A model generated the notes under the pieces. That model saw only the letters and a program-made list of their open reading frames with translations. It was not told the origin of the DNA and searched no databases. The translations under genes were made by a program, and so were the position numbers. A stretch of 44,458 nucleotides of DNA. It comes from a virus (taxonomy: Duplodnaviria; Caudoviricetes). Below, in pieces: positions 25,743 through 35,683 of the stretch. The stretch is from IMG/VR virus record IMGVR_UViG_3300038603_000003, positions 1 through 44,458 of that record; one strand, 5' to 3'. Position 1 is the first letter of the stretch, and every line of letters starts with the position of its first letter.

Positions 25743-28700
25743 TATTCATCTCCATAGATTTGTTTAGTCTGCTCTATGATCAAATCAGTTAGTTCAAGAG
25801 CGGCTTGTATTTCTGCCTTAGCTTCAGGTGTTTCAGCGATCTGCATCAACCTCACAAGACCCTCTCTACGATCCTCAATAGTCTCCTTACTGATGTAAGG
25901 TTTGATGTACTGAGTGTATGTAGGTTGGTCTAGTGCCATACCGAAGCGCTTAAATGTATCTTCAACACTTGAGTACGCCATAGGTTCGACAGAAGCTTTT
26001 GCCATTGTGCTGTACTTCTCGATAACTTCTAGAGTATCAAGGATGGTGTTCAAAGTTCCTTGCTCTTTCCTCAAGGCTAGCTCACGGTTCATTGCCTTAA
26101 CAAACACCTTGGCTATCTTAGTTGAGTCTGGAGTTTTCTTCTTCTTAGAATCACCACTTGCTCTGTTGTTGTAGAAGTCTGCTACCATACTAGGGGTCAC
26201 ATTGAACATAGCGAAGATAGCTTCTTCCTCAGTAACCTTCATAGTACCTGACAGAGTACTTACGTAAGGCCAAGTCCCCGTGTTGCCTGCAATGAATGCT
26301 CTCTCGGCATCACTGAAACCTTTCACAAGCTCAGCAATCTCAAAGGCAGTCGTGTACACCTTCTCCTTCGTATCCATCACTGGGTTGGTTAGGATAACTT
26401 TAGCGGCCTTACCTGCGTCAAGGACACTTCCGATTGTACTGCCAGAAGCACCTAGCAAGTCTACACTACCTCCTCCTGCCAGTATGAAATCATAAAAGCT
26501 GTCAATGAAGGATGCAGGGTTAATCTTACCCGACACATCAACCTTACCTTTCTCACCACTTAGCAATGCCATGTTGAAGAAAGTATTGATTGTACCACCA
26601 TCTAAGTAACTCTTAACCACAGGGTTCTGAGCGAAGTCAGGAGTGTTTTCTCTGATTTTGTTAGAGAAGTACTGACCTATATTCTCACCAAAGATTCCGT
26701 TGAATCCGAACAGTGTGAACACAGCCGCTGTTGTTGCAATAGCTACCTTACGAGTGTCCGCAAAAGGCGATGATGTTACACCAAGTTGTTTACCAGTTAC
26801 TGCCTTAAGTGTTGGCTCAAGGACAACATCTAACAACAGCTTATGTGTGTGTTGCATGAACTGGAACATCAATGATGTCCAATTACCTGTGTTCTGGTAT
26901 TTGAACTGGTTAACACCGTTCTGTGTTTGGGTCAACTGTTGAGCACGAGCACTGATCAGTTTCTTAGTGGCAGCGTTGTATTTCTTACCACCTGAAACAA
27001 CCTGCTTGTTGAACTCAGTTAAGTACGCCAAAAGGTTGACGTATTTGATACTTGTTTCCTGAAGACGCTTACTAGCCTCAAAAGGAGCACGTACCGTACC
27101 TGCACCGTATTTCTTGGCGTAGAACTTCATCCAGTTGGATGTACCTGTTGTAAGCTCATTTTGAGCCATTGATAAGAAATCATCAGCTCGTCCTACAGAA
27201 TCCCAAAGACCCGAAGATCGCAGTGTCTTCTTGAAGTCCTCAGCAGTTGCTGGATCAACACCTAATACCTTCGCCAACATACCCACATCCATAGCATCGT
27301 CTAGCATGTGAGCAACTACGAAGGAAGATTGGGCTACAGCTTTCGACCCGTGGATTGGTTCACGTATTCCGATGTACGTTGCTTGGAACAAGTTCTGTGG
27401 TACTTGATACAGAGGACGACCAAGGATAACCAAGTTCGATGTCAGACGCTGTAACATGTTGCTTACGTTCGCTGTGTCTGAGTTAACCTTAGGGAAGATC
27501 TCTTCAATAGCTTCATCTAAGGCTCGAAACACCGGAGAGGTCTCAAGTGATTGTAAACCCTTGATGTAATCGTGCCAGTTCTTTGCCGTTCCAATAACCT
27601 CTTTAGATACGCTCTTGCCATCAATCATTTGACCTAAGTCACTGCTCCACTTAGTTCCCTGTTTGTTCACAAGGTAGGGAGCGAACTGGTTAATGAATCG
27701 AGCCTTAAGTGATTGGATCATGCTCGCATCGTACTCACGCTGTAGGCTGTACATACTGCGTTGGATACTCTCAAGAGGATCTAGTACAGGAGCTTGTAGT
27801 CCGTCTGAACCCTTGATAGCTTCGCCACGTTTTAAAGTATGTGTACTTGCGTATGAGAACTGAACACTGTCTGGGTCTCCGTAGATTTTCTCAAGATCAT
27901 CGTTCTCTCTTGAACGTACAATCTGTACTGAATCTTCTGGAGCACCTCCCTCAACCAACCTAGCACGAGCGGCTAACGCTTCGTCTCTGTTCTTAAGGAT
28001 GTGTGTTGTGTTATTAACGACAGTATCTACACCGTCAATGTTTTTAGTCTTACTTACCTTAACAGTCCAACCTGTTTCACGATAGAACCTATCAATATGT
28101 CCTGTACGCTTCCGTAGAAGCTGTGTAGGCAATTGCTTGAGGTCATCTGGTAGGACAGCTAGGGTTCTGAATAAACTACCGTCAGAAGCTGTTACAGGAG
28201 CATCTAAGCGAACTAGGATTCTGCCGTCAGCTTCGTCTAAACTAATTCGCTGTTTAGTACTGGCATCCATAACATCACCAGACACTTCAGACTTGTTAAT
28301 AGGCTTGGCTAAGTGTCCATCCCCTTCGAAGTCCATGAATCGGTAGCCTTGGTTCTGTTTAAGTTTACGGAAGTTATCATTACGAACGGCGTACACATCA
28401 TCCATAATCTTACGGAGGTCTTGGTACGCTTCGAATGTTCTGTTAGACAACTTACTGGCTGGAATACCTAAGGCATCAGCCATTGCTTGTTTGTTAGTGA
28501 ACTCAACACCGTTGTCGTCCCCGAACTTCAAAGCCTTTGATAGATGCTCTGACTTGGTAGCTCCGAATGACTTCACGGATTGGTTGAACTTATTTAGCTG
28601 TTCAGTGACCTTGGATCGGTTAGCACCTTTCAAAGCAAATACACCGTCAAGGACATCCTTACCAAGTAAACGTAATGGATCCAGAACAACCGATTTGATT

Positions 28701-30256
28701 CCAGAGAACTTAGTCCCCCGCATATCTGCGTACAAGTCTGTTACGTCCTTACGTGGATCGAACTGGTGTTTAACAGTTACCTTGTTGAAGTACTGTCCGT
28801 TAGTTTTGATGGTTGTGAAATCCAAACCTTTGAAACCAAACTTACCAGCCTGTTCTGCGGCTTCCTTAGTTTTGAAGCCTTTCTTGTTAGAGTCCCCGAA
28901 TGTGAATACAAAATCACCGAGGGATTCTGGATCTTCATTACGGACAATTGTACTTCCCGAGTCTACTACCTTAAGGCTGTTGCCGGAAACTTCTTCTAAT
29001 TCTCGACCCCGCTTCATACCTGCATTGACTGCTGACTCATCCATCAAGACCAAGTCACTCATCTCGGTAACTTCATCATAGGCGTTACCAAAACCGAACT
29101 CGTTACCCTCAATGTTGGGTGTCATTCGATCCGTAGCATCTTCCGTCTTCAAACCCGCGGACTCAGTGAGTTCTTTCAAGCCGTTCTGCTTATCAGAGAT
29201 AAAGTTCTCTGGACGTACTGTGTACTCTGCATCAATAACGCGAGAGTTCTTACGGAAGTCGAGAAGGTTTGTTCGTTGTGCCTCGGCTACTTCAGGATCA
29301 AGAAGCTCCCCTTCTTTCACAATCTTGGCAACTTCTGTGCTTGGTTTGCTTGGGAAGATTCTGTTACCTAAGAATTTGAACAGACCCTTTACACCGACAC
29401 CTATAGCCTTCAGTTCCCCCGCAAAGATAGTTCCTGATAAGGCTGAGAACATAGCGTCTTCTGCTTGCTCTCGGGACATTGTACCTTCGATAAGACCAAG
29501 ACCACCATCTAGGATAGCTTCTCGAATACTCTCCATTCTGTCTACAGTCAATAAGGAGTTATTGTTACCTAACAGGAGGGTTTCAGATTCCATCCAAGTA
29601 TCAATAGCAGCTTGAAGAACTCTTGCTTGATCTTCAACAGGAGCGCTTGCAACCTGATCTAATATGCTGTCGATGCTTTGTTCGTACTTGATGTACTCTT
29701 CTTCGACAACACCTGATACGGGGATAATTAACTCACCAAAGTCACCAAGCACGTCTAAGAAAGAACTTCCTTCCCAAACCTTATTGATGTTCTTATCAAC
29801 CTCAGAAGCTAGTACTAAGTCCCGTTGGATTCGTGAACTGATTGTGTCTAGTTCAGACACTTCAGGGTTCAACTTAGTCGCGATGTAGTTCTCTCGGAGT
29901 GTTCCAATATTGATTGGCTTATCTAAAGATACCTTACCGCGCTCTAAGATTTCAAGAGTCTGTTCCGGTGATTCTGATAAACGAAGCTCCTGTGCGATAA
30001 CCTCTTCTGCACGTTCAGTAGCTTTAGATAGTGTGATATCTTCGGCTTCCTTAATAACAGTGTCATCCCCAGAGATAAGGGAAGCTGTTGCTTCGTCTGG
30101 GTCAGATTGAGTGATAGGGGCTACGATACCACCAAGCTCGTTATTAGCCTCGGCTGTACGAAGCACTATGTTCTCGTTAGAACTAACTAAATCGTCTAAT
30201 TCGTACTGTTCCTCGAACATAGGAACTATGAATTCATTTTGTGGTATCTCTGCCAT
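25742..30256 (-). CDS. Large internal virion (ejection) protein
   Basis: 1504 aa, position after the tail tubular genes as in T7-like podoviruses. Confidence 0.7.
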   Translation of the reverse strand: MAEIPQNEFIVPMFEEQYELDDLVSSNENIVLRTAEANNELGGIVAPITQSDPDEATASLISGDDTVIKEAEDITLSKATERAEEVIAQELRLSESPEQTLEILERGKVSLDKPINIGTLRENYIATKLNPEVSELDTISSRIQRDLVLASEVDKNINKVWEGSSFLDVLGDFGELIIPVSGVVEEEYIKYEQSIDSILDQVASAPVEDQARVLQAAIDTWMESETLLLGNNNSLLTVDRMESIREAILDGGLGLIEGTMSREQAEDAMFSALSGTIFAGELKAIGVGVKGLFKFLGNRIFPSKPSTEVAKIVKEGELLDPEVAEAQRTNLLDFRKNSRVIDAEYTVRPENFISDKQNGLKELTESAGLKTEDATDRMTPNIEGNEFGFGNAYDEVTEMSDLVLMDESAVNAGMKRGRELEEVSGNSLKVVDSGSTIVRNEDPESLGDFVFTFGDSNKKGFKTKEAAEQAGKFGFKGLDFTTIKTNGQYFNKVTVKHQFDPRKDVTDLYADMRGTKFSGIKSVVLDPLRLLGKDVLDGVFALKGANRSKVTEQLNKFNQSVKSFGATKSEHLSKALKFGDDNGVEFTNKQAMADALGIPASKLSNRTFEAYQDLRKIMDDVYAVRNDNFRKLKQNQGYRFMDFEGDGHLAKPINKSEVSGDVMDASTKQRISLDEADGRILVRLDAPVTASDGSLFRTLAVLPDDLKQLPTQLLRKRTGHIDRFYRETGWTVKVSKTKNIDGVDTVVNNTTHILKNRDEALAARARLVEGGAPEDSVQIVRSRENDDLEKIYGDPDSVQFSYASTHTLKRGEAIKGSDGLQAPVLDPLESIQRSMYSLQREYDASMIQSLKARFINQFAPYLVNKQGTKWSSDLGQMIDGKSVSKEVIGTAKNWHDYIKGLQSLETSPVFRALDEAIEEIFPKVNSDTANVSNMLQRLTSNLVILGRPLYQVPQNLFQATYIGIREPIHGSKAVAQSSFVVAHMLDDAMDVGMLAKVLGVDPATAEDFKKTLRSSGLWDSVGRADDFLSMAQNELTTGTSNWMKFYAKKYGAGTVRAPFEASKRLQETSIKYVNLLAYLTEFNKQVVSGGKKYNAATKKLISARAQQLTQTQNGVNQFKYQNTGNWTSLMFQFMQHTHKLLLDVVLEPTLKAVTGKQLGVTSSPFADTRKVAIATTAAVFTLFGFNGIFGENIGQYFSNKIRENTPDFAQNPVVKSYLDGGTINTFFNMALLSGEKGKVDVSGKINPASFIDSFYDFILAGGGSVDLLGASGSTIGSVLDAGKAAKVILTNPVMDTKEKVYTTAFEIAELVKGFSDAERAFIAGNTGTWPYVSTLSGTMKVTEEEAIFAMFNVTPSMVADFYNNRASGDSKKKKTPDSTKIAKVFVKAMNRELALRKEQGTLNTILDTLEVIEKYSTMAKASVEPMAYSSVEDTFKRFGMALDQPTYTQYIKPYISKETIEDRREGLVRLMQIAETPEAKAEIQAALELTDLIIEQTKQIYGDE

Positions 30257-30259
30257 AAG

Positions 30260-30673
30260 TTATCCTGTAGTAGGTGCTCCTGAGAACGAGGACACAAGCC
30301 CCGCCACTTGACCGAGTGCCTGTGCAGTACCTGCCGCATCAGATGCACGTCTGTTCGCCGAAGCAATACCTTGTTGAATACCTTCGGCTTGGTTAATGAA
30401 TGCAATATTAGAAGCTGCTTGAGTCTGGACGGATGCTGCGCCACCTTGGACTGCACTTCCCTCCAAAGCCCCTGTAGCTGCTCCTGAAGCGATAATACGT
30501 GCTCTCTGTACCTGAGCCTCTCTTACTTGAGAAAGTCGCTCACGTCTTGTCTGACGCTCTTGTAGCCGTTGTTGCAACCTAGAAGCTTTTCTTTGTTGGG
30601 ATCTTGCTTCCGCCCCTGCAACTAAAGAACTGCCCACAAGACCACCAACAGCTAATGCTAAACCTAATGCCAT
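30260..30673 (-). CDS. Small internal virion protein (T7 gp14-like position)
   Basis: Gly/Ala hydrophobic N-terminus, Q/R/A-rich helix. Confidence 0.7.
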   Translation of the reverse strand: MALGLALAVGGLVGSSLVAGAEARSQQRKASRLQQRLQERQTRRERLSQVREAQVQRARIIASGAATGALEGSAVQGGAASVQTQAASNIAFINQAEGIQQGIASANRRASDAAGTAQALGQVAGLVSSFSGAPTTG

Positions 30674-31866
30674 TATTGCCTACCTCGCATTGTGTACTCG
30701 ACTGAGTACCCGAGTAATTGTAAATCTTTCTCTGGCTCTGCATCAAAGCGGAACTGAACTGCCTTTCCGTTACCCCGAAGCTTAGTCTTCTTAGAGACGA
30801 TCTGCTCGCCAGTATCAAAGCTCCAAGGGAGATCGTCCTCGTCTGGTGGAATGAACCCACGCTTCATAGGCTGGTACAGATTACCAGTAACTGTGACCCA
30901 CTTATCGTAGGCGTTACTGCTGTCGAAGTCCCAACGGAGCTGAAGAGTACATGAACTGGGAAGATCAAATACTAGTTCCATAGTGTTTTCATCAAAAGCA
31001 GTAACCTGTGTCTCTGTCTTCTGAAAGAAGAACGATCCGTATGTACTGGCTTTCTTGTGGCTGAACTTACCAAGGGTCTCGAAGCCTGATACAAGGTATG
31101 CTTGTATATCTGTCCCGAAATCTTGAAACAACGTGTTTGTGTTCTTCGCAAAGTTATAGTTAACTGTATTCAGTCCGTAAAGTTTGGAATTGACGAACAG
31201 AACTTCATTGTCTATGTACAATGAGTCTGGGATGCCCCTATCGCCCACAAACTGTTGGGGATACCAAGCGTTAGCTCTCAGATCTCTGACCAAAGAACAA
31301 TCTGAACAATTGAACCATATCTGAGAGTTAGCCCTGTCGTACACTGGGGAAATAATATCGGTTTCGACAAGATTCTTGTAGTACGAAAGTATCGTATCAT
31401 CCGTCAAAGAGTTAACAGATAAGTTATCAAACTCGTTAGGAACGATAACATTGATATCCGTTGGTGTTGCGAAGTACATAATTCCCTGTGCTTCTACATA
31501 TGCCCCTTGGTTCAGAAGAACCTCTTCACTTATCTTACTGACTTGGTATGAAGTGCTTCGGAAACCCGTCTCGCCGTTATATACGTACCACACCCCTCGG
31601 TTTGTGAAAACCAGAATACCAATACGATATACTGCTATATCTATAATCTGACCAGCATCCTGAAGTTTTAGCGCCCCACCATCGGTGTCTAGAAGGTCAG
31701 AATTTTCGTCTGAAGTTGGATCGTTTACCTGATAGCATCGACCCAAGTCTGCTGTTTGCTCAAGAACTGGCGAGTAGTACAAAGTACTACCTCCTGCAAA
31801 AAACACTCTTCCAAAACCAGAGGTACTCACAGTAGGTTTGTCGGGATTTATTAAAGGAAGAGTCAT
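30673..31866 (-). CDS. Tail tubular protein B / nozzle, C-terminal half
   Basis: GRVFFAG, YQVNDPTS....DLLDTDGG, KTKLRGNGK.VQFRF motifs. Confidence 0.7.
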   Translation of the reverse strand: MTLPLINPDKPTVSTSGFGRVFFAGGSTLYYSPVLEQTADLGRCYQVNDPTSDENSDLLDTDGGALKLQDAGQIIDIAVYRIGILVFTNRGVWYVYNGETGFRSTSYQVSKISEEVLLNQGAYVEAQGIMYFATPTDINVIVPNEFDNLSVNSLTDDTILSYYKNLVETDIISPVYDRANSQIWFNCSDCSLVRDLRANAWYPQQFVGDRGIPDSLYIDNEVLFVNSKLYGLNTVNYNFAKNTNTLFQDFGTDIQAYLVSGFETLGKFSHKKASTYGSFFFQKTETQVTAFDENTMELVFDLPSSCTLQLRWDFDSSNAYDKWVTVTGNLYQPMKRGFIPPDEDDLPWSFDTGEQIVSKKTKLRGNGKAVQFRFDAEPEKDLQLLGYSVEYTMRGRQ

Positions 31867-32999
31867 AGCGCTATCGTTGCCTCAAAAGTGATTGTTGTTG
31901 GAACGGAACCATCTGTCTGTTTTGTTGATAAAACATCATCACGGGTTCTGTTCTCTTCAATATCAAAGATGTAGTGACCACGAGGAGCTTCGGTGCTTCC
32001 GACAACTGTCTCAAAAAGGGTATCTGCGCTGAAGATCTCGTCCCCATTACTGTCCACTTTCAAACCAAGAACAGGGATGTCTGCATTACTTGGGATACCC
32101 CCCTGCTCCGCGGTTATCGCTACAGTGATAGTCGCTTCGTTCACTATCGTGTTTTCAACAGTAACTACGGTAAGTTCGTTTGGGGTCGAGCGGTCTACCG
32201 AGAATACTGTGTAAGTTCCGTCGTTACTAGCACTGCCTACCACAGTAACAGAGTCGCCGCTGTTCAGGTCTGCATTCTGGATACCAACTTGTTGCATCAC
32301 AAAAGTATTAGTCGCAGAGAATGTCGTAGGGACGTTATAAGTCACCACCTGACCTTCGAATAAGGAGAGTGGGTCTACGAACTCACCTGAGGCGTTCTTC
32401 CTGTCTGCGTACCAGCCTGCATTGTACAGGTTGTATGTATGCTCGTCGGTTAAAGACCCCGGTCTGTTTGAAACAGAAAGACCATCATCTATAAGGTCAA
32501 AATCTCTGAAGTACAACTGTGTGCTGTATATGTCAATATCCCCACTGGAGTTTTTTTGTAAAAGAACAGGTTTGATGTAGTTGTTACCACCACTTCCTGT
32601 TACTACCAACCCAGAGAGAATAGGGGAAAATGTTGGGATGTATAAAGCCCCTGCCGATGGGTCAATTTCGTACTCGTCGACGAAGGTGAATGAAGCATCA
32701 TTCCTATGAACACGCAGCACAACCTCGTCGCTAAGGGTAGACACTACTACAACGATTACATCCAAATCTCGCCAATAATAGGCTCCGGAAATGGATGGGA
32801 GGTTGTTGGATGAAGTGTAAGACTGATCCGATGTAGAGTTCTCCAAGCCTTTTCTTCGTATGCGAACATCCCCACTCTTATCTAAGAGGAAGTTCAGCTC
32901 GTCTGTAGTGTAGCCTTCTGGAAAAGCCAGAGGATTTGCTTCTGTATTCAAACCCATCAAAAGGCTTAAGTAATCTTTTTCACCTCTAGCTCTCGGCAT
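31863..32999 (-). CDS. Tail tubular protein B / nozzle, N-terminal half
   Basis: GLNTEANPLAFPE....DELNF..RRKGL, RDF, YNLYNAGW, APRGHYI motifs. Confidence 0.7.
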   Translation of the reverse strand: MPRARGEKDYLSLLMGLNTEANPLAFPEGYTTDELNFLLDKSGDVRIRRKGLENSTSDQSYTSSNNLPSISGAYYWRDLDVIVVVVSTLSDEVVLRVHRNDASFTFVDEYEIDPSAGALYIPTFSPILSGLVVTGSGGNNYIKPVLLQKNSSGDIDIYSTQLYFRDFDLIDDGLSVSNRPGSLTDEHTYNLYNAGWYADRKNASGEFVDPLSLFEGQVVTYNVPTTFSATNTFVMQQVGIQNADLNSGDSVTVVGSASNDGTYTVFSVDRSTPNELTVVTVENTIVNEATITVAITAEQGGIPSNADIPVLGLKVDSNGDEIFSADTLFETVVGSTEAPRGHYIFDIEENRTRDDVLSTKQTDGSVPTTITFEATIAL

Positions 33000-33000
33000 G

Positions 33001-33339
33001 TTAAGCTCCTACCTTAGTCTTAAGATATTTTTTAATTTGAGAAGGAATCTTGAATTCCTCTGGGATAAGAATACGGTGTCTATCTGCAAACGCAACTAAG
33101 TCCACCTTCTTCTCTAAAGGCTCTAGTGCCTCTAAGAGTGTGGCTTCTTTCTTCTCAGCTTTGCCAGAATCGACTTCCCGAAGGTATTTGTTCATTGCAG
33201 ACTCAGCTTCTTTAATCCCAGTGTAACCCCCTTTTAGGATTGGGTGAAGTTGACCATCTCCGTACCAACGAAGGAAGTGATCTCCGTCCTTCATCTTGAG
33301 TTGGTAAGTCTTGCCATTCTTGGTTGTGAATTGTAACAT
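33001..33339 (-). CDS. Hypothetical protein
   Basis: 112 aa, GQLHPILKGGYT motif; between tube A and tube B genes. Confidence 0.7.
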   Translation of the reverse strand: MLQFTTKNGKTYQLKMKDGDHFLRWYGDGQLHPILKGGYTGIKEAESAMNKYLREVDSGKAEKKEATLLEALEPLEKKVDLVAFADRHRILIPEEFKIPSQIKKYLKTKVGA

Positions 33340-34139
33340 TAACTAGCGCTCCTGCGTCTTCCGTATTGCTGTATGTTTAATCTTCGACCCATACGGGTTT
33401 TAGGTCTCCCCGCTGCACCCATCTCACGGCTGTCTTGTTGGAGACGGATACGGTCTCTACGTGCCCGCTGTGCTAGCGTAGGGTTCTCTTCTTGACGTAA
33501 TGCAGAGTATGCTTCATGTAGCACATTGCTTAGGTACGTCTCTGAAAGCCTGTCAGGGATTGGGATTAAGAAATCATCTTCCTGAAGAAACACAGGCTCT
33601 TCCGTAGCAACAACCTTAGACTTACTTGCTTGTAAAGTGGTGTCGTACTCACTGTTGAATGAATCAAACACTACAGTGACACCATCGTAACTCGTGCAGT
33701 ACTCAGGCCACTTATCATTTTCAATGACCAGTTTAGTTCCGTTAGGTGTGTCTACCACTTGAGCGTTGTCAGCTTTGTCATCCCGGTTGGCTGTCATATC
33801 ATTGAATTCAAGAGGTGTAATGTATTTAACCTCTCGATAGAAAACTGTCTGACCCTCATCATCTTCTGCTGTGTTGTACCAGATTCGACTTTCTTGGATC
33901 CTTTGCAGGTTCTGAGGGATTAGTAAATAATTAGGTTTTGTAGGATCTCCCAAAGACTCTAAGGGCATGTCCTTTTGAAGATACAATAAGTTAGAGTAGT
34001 TCTGACAAAGAGTGTAATACACCTCTTCCGCAATCAAAGCTACTTGTTGAGATTCATCCGTGTCATAGATGCTATCCACGAAGAAGCCATCTGTACGGTT
34101 CAAATAAGATTGCACAACTTGCAATAAAGTTCTTTGCAT
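33339..34139 (-). CDS. Tail tubular protein A / head-tail adaptor
   Basis: TLLQVVQ..L, VDSI.DT.ESQQVA, P.YCTSYD...VVFDS motifs; synteny. Confidence 0.75.
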   Translation of the reverse strand: MQRTLLQVVQSYLNRTDGFFVDSIYDTDESQQVALIAEEVYYTLCQNYSNLLYLQKDMPLESLGDPTKPNYLLIPQNLQRIQESRIWYNTAEDDEGQTVFYREVKYITPLEFNDMTANRDDKADNAQVVDTPNGTKLVIENDKWPEYCTSYDGVTVVFDSFNSEYDTTLQASKSKVVATEEPVFLQEDDFLIPIPDRLSETYLSNVLHEAYSALRQEENPTLAQRARRDRIRLQQDSREMGAAGRPKTRMGRRLNIQQYGRRRSAS

Positions 34140-34150
34140 TATGACTCCTT

Positions 34151-34173
34151 AAAGAAAGGGGGCTTTCGCCCCC
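34151..34173 (-). terminator. Rho-independent terminator after the capsid genes
   Basis: Minus strand GGGGGC-GAAA-GCCCCC followed by TTTCTTT. Confidence 0.85.
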
Positions 34174-34178
34174 ATTAC

Positions 34179-34670
34179 TTATGCAGCTAAAGTAAGGTAC
34201 TTAACAGTAACCTTAATCTTACCCGCAGTGCGGTCTGTGGTCAAAGTGACCTGACCTTCGTTTGCGATGTCAGTACCGATCACTGCACCTGCACCTTCTG
34301 CGTAGTCACCTACAGCAGTACCAGTGTAACCGGCCACAAGGCCGTTAGCGTCGATTACAGTACCGTCTGGTTGAGATAAACCAACATCAAGAGTAGTACC
34401 ACCTGAAAGGGTTTCAAGAACTTGAAGTTCAACCTTAACAGGAACAGCACTTACTGGAAGTGTGGTTAAACCTGCATCTGACTCAGAGGTGAAACTTGAT
34501 GGTAAGTCCGCTAAGTCATACACGTACTCAGCTTTGTATTCATCTAGCTGACCAGAGCCAGTACCCATTGCAGAACCCTTGTAGCCAAGCGCCTCTGCTT
34601 TTACAACACCATATGCAGTATCAGGGTAACCTAAGTTGTTTGCAGTCTGGTCTTTACGTTCAATAGCCAT
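34179..34670 (-). CDS. Putative capsid decoration/minor structural protein
   Basis: 163 aa G/T/A-rich beta protein right after the major capsid gene and before the terminator. Confidence 0.65.
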   Translation of the reverse strand: MAIERKDQTANNLGYPDTAYGVVKAEALGYKGSAMGTGSGQLDEYKAEYVYDLADLPSSFTSESDAGLTTLPVSAVPVKVELQVLETLSGGTTLDVGLSQPDGTVIDANGLVAGYTGTAVGDYAEGAGAVIGTDIANEGQVTLTTDRTAGKIKVTVKYLTLAA

Positions 34671-34681
34671 TATTGAATTCC

Positions 34682-35659
34682 TTACTTTTCAGTTAAAATA
34701 ACACCAAGAGTCTCTGGACGCTGGATTGCGAAGCCCCAACGAGCTGTTGCAGTCCACTCATCCTGACGTAAGTTCACATTACGGAACATTTCAGGGTCAG
34801 GCATACGACGCATCACACCCATGAACGGCATTGCATCGGAGCTTGCCATAGACATGAAGATGTTAGCTACACCGTCATTCACTGCTAGTGAGCCAGTACC
34901 ATCGCCTGCATCAATTGTCTCTGCACCTACATCAGGAAGGTTGTGAGAGATGATAATGTTGAAGCCCATGATGTTACGAACGATGTTCAAACGATCACCG
35001 AAGCCTTCTTGAACTAGACCTTGGAAGTCGTAGTTAAATGTAGAGCCGTTGGTCACAGCAGTCTGGTCGATCAATTGGTTCAATTCGAACTCAACCTTAG
35101 GATCAACGATTGCCACACGGTTCTCAACAGGAACACGAGCCTTATCGAAAGCTAGCTTCATACGGTTGAAGTCTTCGATAGTAATAATACCCGCAGTACC
35201 ACCAGAACCCGCTACACGACGGTGAGCTTGACCGTTGATCAAGTTAGGATCGTTAGCAGTTTGTTGGTTAGCTACCGCTAGTACGTCAGACTCAAGTTGA
35301 CGTTCGAAAGCTAGGCCAGATTCGTCAACGTTCTTAGCCCAGTAAGCCGCGAACTGATGTGAATCTTCTTTTAGGTCGTCTGTCACCGCGAAACCATCTT
35401 CGTATGCCTCAGTTACCTTAAGCACGATACGAGATGTGTCGATTTTGGTGAAGTCAATTGCAGAGCCGTCCAAGTGATCCTTCAATGCACGCTGACCGAT
35501 CTGTGTGATGGTTAGTTCATCACCGTCGCCGAATTCAGCAGTACGATCGTTGAATAATGGACGACCGATCAACCAGTCACGTAAACGCGCTTGTAGTTCC
35601 TGCGCATACAAAAACTGGCGAATGATATTTTGACTATTCGCTGGAGTTGAAACACTCAT
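34682..35659 (-). CDS. Major capsid protein
   Basis: 325 aa following the scaffold gene; FDKARVP..NRVAIVDP and WG..RPETLG motifs; GAGGA RBS. Confidence 0.85.
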   Translation of the reverse strand: MSVSTPANSQNIIRQFLYAQELQARLRDWLIGRPLFNDRTAEFGDGDELTITQIGQRALKDHLDGSAIDFTKIDTSRIVLKVTEAYEDGFAVTDDLKEDSHQFAAYWAKNVDESGLAFERQLESDVLAVANQQTANDPNLINGQAHRRVAGSGGTAGIITIEDFNRMKLAFDKARVPVENRVAIVDPKVEFELNQLIDQTAVTNGSTFNYDFQGLVQEGFGDRLNIVRNIMGFNIIISHNLPDVGAETIDAGDGTGSLAVNDGVANIFMSMASSDAMPFMGVMRRMPDPEMFRNVNLRQDEWTATARWGFAIQRPETLGVILTEK

Positions 35660-35683
35660 TTATATTTCCTCAATAAAGCAGGA

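Noticed and set aside
28491-29615. Long + strand ORFs (196 and 167 aa) opposite the large internal virion gene, and similar shadow ORFs such as 37141..37707
   Set aside because: Ser/Leu/Phe-rich antisense shadows of real genes, with no recognisable motifs.
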